Source: Candidatus Sulfomarinibacteraceae bacterium (GTDB taxonomy: Bacteria; Acidobacteriota; Thermoanaerobaculia; Thermoanaerobaculales; Sulfomarinibacteraceae). Taken from it: DNA of 64,000 nt. Both the position numbers and the translations under genes were made by a program. The stretch covers positions 64,001 through 128,000 of the forward strand of contig CAWCLO010000002.1 in assembly GCA_963796455.1 (NCBI GenBank). The letters run 5' to 3'. Under the pieces are notes generated by a model. It did not search any database and was not told where the DNA came from. It saw only the letters and a list, made by a program, of their open reading frames with translations. Below, piece after piece: positions 1-9,024 of the stretch; within the stretch, counting starts at the first letter, position 1, and each line of letters begins with the position of its first letter.

Positions 1-1694
1 GCCTCCGGCCACCGGATGCGGCGGTCGAGCAAAAGCGCCGTCGCGACCGCAAAGATCCCGGTGGCGAGACCGGCGGCGATATCGGTGACCCAGTGAATCC
101 CGAGGACCGAGGTCGAGAGGGCGATCAAAAGACCCAGAAAAAGGGCGCTCCAGCGATAGCGAAGCCGGTAGAAAAAACACAGACCGACCATCACCACAGT
201 CAGCGAGACGTGGAAGCTCGGGAAACAATTGTCGAGCCCTGAAATCGGACGGAAGATCTCGATGAGTTCGGGTGCCCACAGATCCGACAACAGGATGGCC
301 CCCGATTCGGGGTAGGCCCATCGTTCGGGAACCGGGAAAAACAGAAAGAACGGCAGGCTGACCAGGTAGTCGATGGCGATGGCGAGGGCAAAGACCCGAA
401 ACGGCTCGCGGCCGGGCCGGCGGGCGAGAGCCACGCCGGTGGCAAAGATCAGAACCAGAATCACGAAGAAATATGCAAAGGAGTATCCATAGACCAGCAG
501 CGGCGACGCCGCGTCGTAAGCTTCCGCGGTCATCGAGCCTTCGAAAAAGTGGGCGGCCCGAGCGAGTTGATACCCGAGCTCGCGGCCGATGCCCCAACGA
601 TCGCGGACCGCTGTCTCGACCGTCGTCTCGATCAGGTTGACGAGAAAGACCGCTCCCAAAAGGACAATGGGAATCGCATGCGCGCTGACAATTTGTCGGG
701 CCCGTCGGGTGGGTGCCCGCCAGACCGACTCTTCCCTGACGAAACTGTCGGCGCCGGCGGGAGATGAAACTGCGGAGACCGGCGTGGCCATCGATGGTGA
801 AGAATATTCGCGCCGCAGCATCCGCAGCTGTTCGTGCAGAGTGTTGGCTGACTGCAGCCGTCTGGCGGGGTCTTTTTCCAAACAGGCTTCGATGGACAAT
901 TCGATTGCGCGCGGAATGTCGCGCCGGTATCTCGAGATGGGTTCGGCGGGTTCGCGCAGAATCGCGGTCATGATGCCGCTGGTGGTAGTGCCGGCGAATG
1001 GGCGTTCGCCGACCAGCATTTCGTAGAGCAGGATCCCGAGGGAGAAAATGTCCGACCGATGATCGACCGGAACACCTGCAGCCTGTTCCGGTGACATATA
1101 GGGAATCGTTCCGAGGAGAGCCCCGTCCTCCGTCAACTGCGCGGAAGGTGGCTTTTGACCACCCACGATGGTCGACCCGTCAAAGGCTTCGTCCGGTGGG
1201 TCCTCCTTGAGCTTGGCGAGTCCGAAATCGAGGACCTTGACGTGACCCGAGTCGGTCACCATCACGTTGTCCGGTTTGAGGTCGCGGTGGGTGATGCCCT
1301 TCGAGTGGGCCACAGCAACCGCCTCGGTCAGCTGTTCGGCGATTCGAAAAAACTCAGGGAGCGGGAGACCACCCTTTGGGATCACGCGCCGCAGAGTTTT
1401 GCCCTCGACGAGTTCCATGGCGATGAAGTGGATGCCCTGATCCTCTTCGACGCCGTGGACCGTGACGATGTTGGGGTGATTCAAAGCCGCGATCGCTTTG
1501 GCCTCGGAGCGGAATCTCTGCATGCGTTCCGCGCTTGACACCGATTCGCTTGGCAAAACCTTGAGGGCAACCCTCCGTTCGAGACGGATGTCTTCTCCAA
1601 CGTAGATCTCACCCATACCACCGCTCGCCAGACGTTCGATGACCCGATAGTGGGCGAGTTGCCCGCCGACGATGGGTTTGTCTTGCTGACTCAC
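1..1694 (-). CDS. Ser/Thr protein kinase fused to C-terminal membrane PAP2-family (Aur1/IPC-synthase-like) domain; runs off left edge
   Basis: Not in ORF track; translated by hand from GTG at 1694, which overlaps the upstream TGA. Motifs ASGGMGEIY, VALK, HRDLKPDN, DFG, GTIPYMSPEQ, then TM helices with DNCFPSFHV and LGIHWVTD. No stop before position 1. Confidence 0.88.
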   Translation of the reverse strand, partial: MSQQDKPIVGGQLAHYRVIERLASGGMGEIYVGEDIRLERRVALKVLPSESVSSAERMQRFRSEAKAIAALNHPNIVTVHGVEEDQGIHFIAMELVEGKTLRRVIPKGGLPLPEFFRIAEQLTEAVAVAHSKGITHRDLKPDNVMVTDSGHVKVLDFGLAKLKEDPPDEAFDGSTIVGGQKPPSAQLTEDGALLGTIPYMSPEQAAGVPVDHRSDIFSLGILLYEMLVGERPFAGTTTSGIMTAILREPAEPISRYRRDIPRAIELSIEACLEKDPARRLQSANTLHEQLRMLRREYSSPSMATPVSAVSSPAGADSFVREESVWRAPTRRARQIVSAHAIPIVLLGAVFLVNLIETTVETAVRDRWGIGRELGYQLARAAHFFEGSMTAEAYDAASPLLVYGYSFAYFFVILVLIFATGVALARRPGREPFRVFALAIAIDYLVSLPFFLFFPVPERWAYPESGAILLSDLWAPELIEIFRPISGLDNCFPSFHVSLTVVMVGLCFFYRLRYRWSALFLGLLIALSTSVLGIHWVTDIAAGLATGIFAVATALLLDRRIRWPE

Positions 1695-3337
1695 GTGACC
1701 ATGGTCTCCGCATCGGCACCGGTTGCCGGACGCTCGCGACGGCGGAAGGCCACGATGGCGGCAATCGCGGCCAGGACGAGCAGGATGATCAAAGCCCCGG
1801 TTGCGATCTGGAACCAGCGGCTCTCGGGAGTCACGCGCAAGAGATAAATCCGGTACGAGGTGTTCGACATCGGGTCGAGATCGGCGGCGCTTCCGACGGC
1901 TGGCCAGAAGTCCTCGGCGGCGAGGTCATGGGTAAAGGCATCCGAATTCTGGACCCGAATCGAAAAAACCGGGCCCGATCGGAAGCTGTTGCGCTTGAGA
2001 TCGAGCCACGTCACCCGCTGGGCTGGTGCGGAGTAATCGGGCGGCAGGGTCAGGGTTGAATCGCGAATCACCCGCGGGCGTCGCCCGCTGTACGGCCAGA
2101 CGGCGCGGATTCGGTGAAGCCGTCCGTGGATCAAATCGACGATGCGCCGGGTGAGGTCCTGAGGATCGCGGAAACTGATCGGGAAGATCTGGTTTTCGAT
2201 CTCGGTTCCGGGGATTGAGCTGGTGAGCCGGGTGGCACCGTCGTGGATTTCTTCCAGGGTCCAGACGTAGTCGATGTGGGCGTGAAAGTCTTCGTCAAAT
2301 AGGACGAGTTCGGTGCTGGAGAGACGAACCGCGTGGCGCGCCGCCTCGACCATGGCGACCGTCCCCGGATGGTCGTTGGCGGCGCGAACATCCACGGTGA
2401 CCCGCGATACCTGTTCGCGAGCCTGCCAGCGCAGATCCGCAAGGGCGGCCCGGGCCTCGGGGGCATCGATGATATCGACCCAGCGAGCAAAATCGCCAAC
2501 CCCGATCTCATCCGGAGGCATCTCTCGGATGGCTGTTCGAAGGCGTTCCTTCAGTTCGGTCGGCGCCCACCGCGAGCAGACCAGCAGATCGTTGGGTATG
2601 GTTGTCGGCAGCCGCACGAAAACCACCGATTGGCCGACCGCACGATCTGCAGGGCTGGCTGACTCACTTTCAAATCGCGCCCGCGTACCGTCCCACACCG
2701 CTGCCAGATCGGCCTCACCCGCTGCCACAGCTCGAACCAGCGCGCTCGAGCTGTTGCTTGAAATCGCGGCCACATCGATCGCCGCCAGGGATTCGGTTGC
2801 TTCGGGCATATGGAAGACACTGTTGGCGCGGAAGTGGAGCGACGGCAAGAAGAAGCTCGAGGTCGAGAAAAGATTGTGATAGATGAAACGGGCTCGATGA
2901 CCCCGGGACGCCACGAAGTCGATCACATCCGAGGCGGTCGGATTGGCTGGCAGGTCCTCGCGCCGCAGCACGAAGTAGGAGCTGTAGGTCGTAGCGCCGG
3001 TGGCCTGGCCGACGTAGGTGGCGATGACCTCCATGTCGGCACCCAGCATCTCCGAAACGACCTGAACGTAGGGCGTGGTGCGGGCGAGAACCAGTCCGTC
3101 CTCCGGATCCCAATTCGATAATCTTTCGATGACCTCGCCGTACTCGAGTTCCTCCGGGGCGAATCGAATCCCCGCGTTTCGCTGAAGGTATTCCTGCAAT
3201 CTTTTGTCGGCCTGGCGGGTCTCCTGGTCAAGGGCAACTCCGACAAAGGCCACCCGGTCTTCGGCGTGGAGACCGATTGTCGATCCAATGAACATCAGGC
3301 AGAGCACCAGGCATCTTCCCGTTGCAACTGCCCTCAT
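1691..3337 (-). CDS. PhnD/phosphonate-type substrate-binding domain protein with extra C-terminal domain and TM anchor
   Basis: ATG 3337 after GGAGG; signal peptide; PhnD-like motifs (TYSSYFV, STSSFFLP, AVAAGEADLAAVWD, IPNDLL); C-terminal hydrophobic helix followed by RRR. Confidence 0.75.
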   Translation of the reverse strand: MRAVATGRCLVLCLMFIGSTIGLHAEDRVAFVGVALDQETRQADKRLQEYLQRNAGIRFAPEELEYGEVIERLSNWDPEDGLVLARTTPYVQVVSEMLGADMEVIATYVGQATGATTYSSYFVLRREDLPANPTASDVIDFVASRGHRARFIYHNLFSTSSFFLPSLHFRANSVFHMPEATESLAAIDVAAISSNSSSALVRAVAAGEADLAAVWDGTRARFESESASPADRAVGQSVVFVRLPTTIPNDLLVCSRWAPTELKERLRTAIREMPPDEIGVGDFARWVDIIDAPEARAALADLRWQAREQVSRVTVDVRAANDHPGTVAMVEAARHAVRLSSTELVLFDEDFHAHIDYVWTLEEIHDGATRLTSSIPGTEIENQIFPISFRDPQDLTRRIVDLIHGRLHRIRAVWPYSGRRPRVIRDSTLTLPPDYSAPAQRVTWLDLKRNSFRSGPVFSIRVQNSDAFTHDLAAEDFWPAVGSAADLDPMSNTSYRIYLLRVTPESRWFQIATGALIILLVLAAIAAIVAFRRRERPATGADAETMVT

Positions 3338-3399
3338 CGTGAACCTCCCACCACTTCGATGAGCAAAGGATAGCAAGAACGGGCCCCGATGGCTTCGAC

Positions 3400-4662
3400 T
3401 CAGATCGGGATGAGGTCTTCCAGGTGTTCCTCGGGGACGAGCCAGTCGACGGGTGGGTCGCCGTTGAGACTCCTGAGTGAGTGATCTACTGTGTCGCGGA
3501 TGTAGCGGCCCCATATCTTGAAGGGGAGTTGATCCACTTCGACCGCCGATGAGACGGCCAGCCGCAACATGTACTCGATGATAAAGGAGGCGTTGCGGGC
3601 GATCCGTCCGTAGTCGTTGGCCAGGCTTCGCTGATCGAGGATCCGCTGCTCGTGAATCCCGACCCCGAATTCCGATTCGACCAGGTCTTCGAATGAGGTC
3701 AGAATAAGCTCGACGCGAAAGGTACGGTGGCAGCTTTCGATATAGGCGCGGAAACGGCGATCGAGGCCATCGAGAGACAGACCGCGGCCGGCCGCAAAGG
3801 ACCAGTCGATGCCATCCATGTTGGCCAGGATCTGTTCGTTTGGCGGGAGTTCCAGATCGACAACCTGGTGGATCCCCACATAGGCCCCGTCGTGTACTCT
3901 GCGATGGAATGCCCAGGTGTACTCCAGCCCATCCAGCGACGCCTCGACCCGTTCGAGTTCTGCCGGGGTCCCGATAATTTTGACCCCGATTACGTCGTCG
4001 ACCCGAAGCGAGTCCGGTTCGAGAGTGAGGCGTCCGGAACGGATGCGGTCGGCAACCAGTCGTTCGGCGGCTCCACCAACCGCGGCCGGTGCTCCCGGCG
4101 GACCGTCGATCTCCGATCGATCGGAGAGTCGCCGCTTCGGCCGGCTTCCAGCAAGGGCACGGGCGACCTTGTCGATCTCGCCGGTCAGTTGTTCGGCGAC
4201 CTTTCGCGAGACCTTGTCAGCGACCCGTCGAATTCTCTTGCGTCGAACGATGGCTGCCAGTTTTCCGGTTCGATGGGTCACCAGCGACATCCGGACCGGG
4301 GTGTGGGGAAAGAACTCCTCCGGCAGCTGCCGGTACCAGTCGATCAGTTCGGCCACCCGGGTTGAAGGGTGGGCCGCGGCGGCGACGATCGCGTCGCGGA
4401 CCGCGTCCTTGTTCGAGATCCGCTCCATGTAGAGGTCGCCTTTGTGACAGGTCCGACAGAGATCGGCGACGAATCTCCGGACCACCGGCGCGGTGATGGC
4501 ACGCTCGAAGGCAAAGATCTCGGTCAGGATGCGGCCATCCTCAGGCTCGGGCCGATCGGCGAGCCAGCGGGTGGCGACATCGAAAAATCGGTCGCGGTGG
4601 GTGAGTCCGGAAAGGTACATCGAGTCGTAGATCAGTTCGTGGGCTTTGTCGATCGGGCCCAC
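3400..4662 (-). CDS. Hypothetical protein with divergent RelA/SpoT synthetase-like (nucleotidyltransferase) motifs
   Basis: 420 aa ORF; RRKRIRRVADK, DDVIGVKII, GAYVGIH and VELILTS..ESEFGVGIH occur in the order of RSH Syn1-4 motifs. Confidence 0.6.
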   Translation of the reverse strand: MGPIDKAHELIYDSMYLSGLTHRDRFFDVATRWLADRPEPEDGRILTEIFAFERAITAPVVRRFVADLCRTCHKGDLYMERISNKDAVRDAIVAAAAHPSTRVAELIDWYRQLPEEFFPHTPVRMSLVTHRTGKLAAIVRRKRIRRVADKVSRKVAEQLTGEIDKVARALAGSRPKRRLSDRSEIDGPPGAPAAVGGAAERLVADRIRSGRLTLEPDSLRVDDVIGVKIIGTPAELERVEASLDGLEYTWAFHRRVHDGAYVGIHQVVDLELPPNEQILANMDGIDWSFAAGRGLSLDGLDRRFRAYIESCHRTFRVELILTSFEDLVESEFGVGIHEQRILDQRSLANDYGRIARNASFIIEYMLRLAVSSAVEVDQLPFKIWGRYIRDTVDHSLRSLNGDPPVDWLVPEEHLEDLIPI

Positions 4663-4707
4663 ACTCCATGGTATCTCAACAGCGGTCGCGTCGCACCCGG
4701 CATCTCG

Positions 4708-6471
4708 TCACGGTGTGGATGAAGACCACGCCGCGGTGAGCCCGCTGTCGAATCCATCCTCGAAGATTTCATCAAGGGTCCAGAACCCGTTGGCCTGACC
4801 CGTGCGGAGCGGCCCGCCGCGGGCGGTCGCCCACAGGATGCAATTGGTGCCGGAACCGGGCACGGTGAAGACGTCGAGGCCGTGGTCAAAGGTCTGGACA
4901 AAGATTTCGAGCTGGCCGTCGCCGTCGAGATCTCCCACCGCCGGAGCGGCGGGCGCGCCGTTGCCGTTGCCGTTGTGGCCGGGATTCGGCAGCGCCAGAT
5001 CGTGCAGCACCGTGCCGCCCGATGACAAAACCATGAGGCGGCCGGAGTCGTGGACAGCAGGGTCACCATAGGTGGCGAGGAGGAGTTCCGGTTCACCATC
5101 CCGGTTGAGATCGGCAATCGAGACTTCGGTGCCGAAGAGGATCGTTTTTCCGTGACGGATATCCGTGTTCCATCGCCGGCTCCCGTCGGCGTTGTAGGCG
5201 GAAACAAAACCGTCATTGAGCGACACGATGATCTCCAGGCGATCGTCTCCGGCGATATCCACGAGAGCGGGCGCCGGCACCCCATAGGGTGGGTACCAAC
5301 CATCGACATCGATGGGTGTGCCGCCGCGAGGCAGCCTCTCCCAGCCTTCCTTGCGCCGTGCCGATCGTTCGCCGTCTCCATGGGCGCCCTCGAGCACCAT
5401 GACGGCGTAGGCCTGGGTCACGTAGGGCACGTTCATTTCAACGTTGGGCACGCCGATGACCTCGTTCACACCGTCAAGATCGAGATCTGCCACTCCCGGG
5501 GGCGAGGCCGTCCACTGGAGCCATTCGGTCCAGTTCGGGTGGGGCCAGGTCCCGGTGTGGTCGTGGTAGTGGTCGCTCTCCACCTCGGGATCCGCCCAGC
5601 GGATGAACTGGCCCCAGGTGAGACGGTTGCCCACCCAGGGCGATGATCGGTTGGTATAGAAGCTCGATGAGTCGATGGCCACACCGTCGTGATCGAAGGC
5701 CTGGATGTGGTGGTTGTCGTATGTGGCGATGATCTCTTGCTCCGAATCATTGTCGATGTTTCCGACGCCCACATTGAGACCGTAACAACCAAAACCCGAG
5801 TGGCCCTGCCCGTTGCGGTCGGCATCGTTGCCCGATCCGGTCAGAGCGTTGTATCTGGGCCAGGCAGGGCTGTGTCCGCCTGCCGGCTGAAAGACCGATC
5901 CGTCCGCGGCAAACACAAAGATCTGTGCGCCGCCGGAGGAGGTTGGCACGGTCTGGGTGGTCGTGACGATGATTTCGACGGTGCCGTCGCGATCGAGATC
6001 GGCCGCGGCCATACCGCGGATTTCGGGTTCGTTGCCCCCGGTGGTGGTATCGGCCGGCCATCCGTTCTTGACTGTCAGCTCGCCTTCGACCCATTCCCAG
6101 GCCCACACCTCGTGGCCACGCCCTGCGACAACCTCCATGGTGCCGTCGCGATCGATATCGGCCACGACGTGAGGGGCATAGACCCGCCCATCGCCATCGG
6201 TGGCCGTGTCGAGCAGGGATCGGTCGCTGCCGAATACATAAACATCGTAGTAGGCGGCAATGAGTTCGGCCGAGCCATCATCGTCAAGATCGGCAACTAC
6301 AGGGGATGCATACCAGCTGGTCTGTCCCGTGAGGTTGGCGACGAACACGGGTGCCTGGGTCGGTCCACCCGAGATCCCACTCTGACACGAAGGCCCGTCA
6401 TCGGCTGCCGCGGCCGAAGCTGCCGACAAAACCGCCGCCAACAAGATCGAGACCCCGTTCATCCGCCGCAT
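4708..6471 (-). CDS. Secreted FG-GAP/VCBS-repeat beta-propeller protein
   Basis: ATG 6471 after GGAGG; signal peptide; about 7 repeats of [AG]DLD.DG..E; C-terminus DEIFEDGFDSG. Confidence 0.85.
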   Translation of the reverse strand: MRRMNGVSILLAAVLSAASAAAADDGPSCQSGISGGPTQAPVFVANLTGQTSWYASPVVADLDDDGSAELIAAYYDVYVFGSDRSLLDTATDGDGRVYAPHVVADIDRDGTMEVVAGRGHEVWAWEWVEGELTVKNGWPADTTTGGNEPEIRGMAAADLDRDGTVEIIVTTTQTVPTSSGGAQIFVFAADGSVFQPAGGHSPAWPRYNALTGSGNDADRNGQGHSGFGCYGLNVGVGNIDNDSEQEIIATYDNHHIQAFDHDGVAIDSSSFYTNRSSPWVGNRLTWGQFIRWADPEVESDHYHDHTGTWPHPNWTEWLQWTASPPGVADLDLDGVNEVIGVPNVEMNVPYVTQAYAVMVLEGAHGDGERSARRKEGWERLPRGGTPIDVDGWYPPYGVPAPALVDIAGDDRLEIIVSLNDGFVSAYNADGSRRWNTDIRHGKTILFGTEVSIADLNRDGEPELLLATYGDPAVHDSGRLMVLSSGGTVLHDLALPNPGHNGNGNGAPAAPAVGDLDGDGQLEIFVQTFDHGLDVFTVPGSGTNCILWATARGGPLRTGQANGFWTLDEIFEDGFDSGLTAAWSSSTP

Positions 6472-6571
6472 CAGATGCCTCCATTTTTTATTATCCCCTG
6501 GAGCGACCGTTTCGCCCGTGACCGGGGCCACGCCTGGATGAATGTTATTTACCGCCGATGCGTAGAATCCA

Positions 6572-7522
6572 ATGGAACCCGGGGATACACTCATGGTCGT
6601 CATGGCAGTGCAAATGCAACATCACGAAATCGCCTGCGAGTCCTGTGGCGCCAAGATCCTCTTCGAAGCGCTCCACCGGACGACCCGGTGCCCCTATTGC
6701 GATTCGCCATCGGTGATCGACCGACCGGCCACCCCGGACCGACCGGACCCGGTCTTTGCGGTCGGTTTCACGGTGGACCAGATGCAGGCGATTGCCGGCG
6801 TCCGGCGCCACGTCGGTTCCAGGAAATGGGCTCCGGCGGGCCTCAAAAATGCTGCCGCCGAGCGGGTCCGCGGAATCTACGTTCCGACCTATCTCTACTC
6901 GGCCCATGCATCTTCGGTTTTTTCCGCCAGGATCGGTGAGGACTACTACGTGCGAGTCGTGAGCACCGATTCCAAGGGTCGGACGAGGGTCAAGAAAAAA
7001 CGGAAGACCGAATACCGGACGCTCGAGGGAACCCATGAAGCTTACGTGGGAGATCTCCTCGTCACCGCCTCAAGGGGGATTCCCAATACCGAGGTGGAGT
7101 GGCTCGAGCCATACGATCTGGCCCAGCTGCGACGGTATTCACCCGCCCTCATCTCGGGGTGGATCTCCGAAGAACCATCCTTGACCCGCGAGGAATGTCT
7201 CGAGCTCGCCCGTGGTGAGAGCCAGTCGATGATCGGTCGACTGCTGCGCCGTTTCATGCCGGGGGACAGCCACTCCGATCTTCGCTACCGCACTGAGCTT
7301 CGGGATGAGGCCATCGATCTGACCCTGGTGCCGGTCTGGATGCTCGCCCTCCGTTGGCACGAGAAGAAGCAACCGATTCGAATCCTGGTCAATGGGCAGA
7401 CCGGCGAGGTGGTCGGAGAGATCCCAATCTCGTGGACCAGGATCGCTGCCACCATTGCCATCGGGCTCGGTCTCCTGGCCGTGCCCGTCCTCGTCTTGTT
7501 CCTTGTGGGGCTCTTCCGATGA
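6572..7522 (+). CDS. Zinc-ribbon membrane-anchored hypothetical protein (paralog 1)
   Basis: CESC..CPYC; YVPTYLY, LVPVW, VNGQTGEV.G..P and a C-terminal TM. True start may be a downstream ATG (about 6593-6614). Confidence 0.75.
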   Translation: MEPGDTLMVVMAVQMQHHEIACESCGAKILFEALHRTTRCPYCDSPSVIDRPATPDRPDPVFAVGFTVDQMQAIAGVRRHVGSRKWAPAGLKNAAAERVRGIYVPTYLYSAHASSVFSARIGEDYYVRVVSTDSKGRTRVKKKRKTEYRTLEGTHEAYVGDLLVTASRGIPNTEVEWLEPYDLAQLRRYSPALISGWISEEPSLTREECLELARGESQSMIGRLLRRFMPGDSHSDLRYRTELRDEAIDLTLVPVWMLALRWHEKKQPIRILVNGQTGEVVGEIPISWTRIAATIAIGLGLLAVPVLVLFLVGLFR

Positions 7523-8478
7523 GTGGCTTTGAGATCCACTGCCAACGGTGTGAGAGCCCGCTCGAAAAAGAGGATCTTCGGTGCCCGATCTGCAGCCATG
7601 CCGCATCGAGCACTGCGCCCGAAGATCTGGCGTCCGCCGAGGTCGAAGTGCTGCGCTGCGAGGGATGCGGCGCGGCGGTTTCTTATGACGTCTCTGCAAG
7701 GGCCCCGAGTTGCGCGTTCTGTGCTTCGACCATGGTGGTGGAGGTGCCATCGGACCCGCTCGAACAAACCGAGTTCTTTCTTCCCTTCACGGTTGATCCC
7801 TCTGCCGCCGAGTCCGCCTTCAGACGGTGGCTCGGCGGTCTCGGGTGGTTTCGGCCGTCAAAACTTGGCAGCAGGAGCACCATCGAACAGCTGCGGCCCC
7901 TGTGGTGGGTCGCCTGGGTGTTCGATGCTGATGCGATCGTGAGCTGGGCGGCCGACAGCGATGCCGGGAGTCGGCGCTCGGACTGGGCGCCCCACGCGGG
8001 CCGGGCGATCCTCGAGTTCGATGATGTGGCGGTTTCGGCATCGAGGGGGCTCTCGGCCGAAGAGACCGCCTTTCTCGGCGCGAGCTATGAATTGTCCAGC
8101 GCGTTCGACGAGCCGTCCGGTGCGGAGGGTCAGGCGGCCACGGAGCAGTTCGATCTCCCCCGCTCAGCGGCGCGTAAACGGGTCGCGGAGATGATCGAAC
8201 ATACAGCCAAGGTCCGTCTCGAGGATGGCTATATCCCGGGCCGGCGCTTCCGCAATCTCCACACGGAGGTGCTGCTTCGACGGCTCGTGACCCGGCGCTA
8301 TGCCTTCCCGTCCTTTGTGTTGGCTTATCGTTATCGTGGCGCGCTCTACCGCGTGGTCCTGTCGGGTCAGGATTCCGACCGGATCCTCGGCGATGCCCCC
8401 TATTCGGTGGCCAAGATCCTGTTCACAGTGACCGCTTCGGTGCTCGCCATCGGGGCGCTGGCGGCCATGCTCCTGTGA
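7519..8478 (+). CDS. Double zinc-ribbon membrane-anchored hypothetical protein (paralog 2)
   Basis: ATGA overlap with previous stop; CQRC/CPIC/CEGC/CAFC; LPFTV and SGQ....GDAP; C-terminal TM. Confidence 0.75.
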   Translation: MSGFEIHCQRCESPLEKEDLRCPICSHAASSTAPEDLASAEVEVLRCEGCGAAVSYDVSARAPSCAFCASTMVVEVPSDPLEQTEFFLPFTVDPSAAESAFRRWLGGLGWFRPSKLGSRSTIEQLRPLWWVAWVFDADAIVSWAADSDAGSRRSDWAPHAGRAILEFDDVAVSASRGLSAEETAFLGASYELSSAFDEPSGAEGQAATEQFDLPRSAARKRVAEMIEHTAKVRLEDGYIPGRRFRNLHTEVLLRRLVTRRYAFPSFVLAYRYRGALYRVVLSGQDSDRILGDAPYSVAKILFTVTASVLAIGALAAMLL

Positions 8479-8547
8479 CGGCAAACGTCCGCGGCGCCTC
8501 CACCTCAGCTGCGTAAATTTTGCCGGTTGCGTTATGATCACCGCCGG

Positions 8548-9024
8548 ATGAAAAGGGTGTCTCGATTCAGTTGTGGCCGTACGGTCCTTCTCTGTCTGCT
8601 CGCAGCGGCCGGCATGTCCTGTGCGACGGCAGGGCCGATGCCGGAGGTCGATCTGATGGATCCGGGCTGGACGGTCTGGACCGGTCAGGCCTTGTGGCAA
8701 CCCCCCGGCGACAACCCCAGGATTGCCGGCGAGTTGGTGGCGGCGCAGAACTCGAGCGGCGATGTGGTGGTGAGTTTCTCCAAGGCTTCGTTGACGATCT
8801 TTACGGCCCAGGTGGCCGGTTCGGATTGGCGGCTCGATTTCATCGCACGAAGATCTTACGGTGGGCATGGCGGTCCGCCTAAGAGATTCGTCTGGTTTCG
8901 TCTGCCCGGGATTCTCGAGGGAGGCGATGCGCCGGAGAAGTGGCAGCTCGAGCGGCCTTACGACGATGAACTGGTCATGACCAATCCTTCGAGCGGCGAA
9001 TCCATCACGGTGGTGCTCGACTGA
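8548..9024 (+). CDS. Putative lipoprotein
   Basis: Basic N-terminus, hydrophobic stretch, lipobox-like AGMSC; TGATG coupling to the next gene. Confidence 0.65.
   Translation: MKRVSRFSCGRTVLLCLLAAAGMSCATAGPMPEVDLMDPGWTVWTGQALWQPPGDNPRIAGELVAAQNSSGDVVVSFSKASLTIFTAQVAGSDWRLDFIARRSYGGHGGPPKRFVWFRLPGILEGGDAPEKWQLERPYDDELVMTNPSSGESITVVLD

Noticed and set aside
3400..4662. toxSAS toxin-antitoxin module
   Set aside because: No small adjacent antitoxin-like ORF, and the motifs are too divergent to assert toxin activity.
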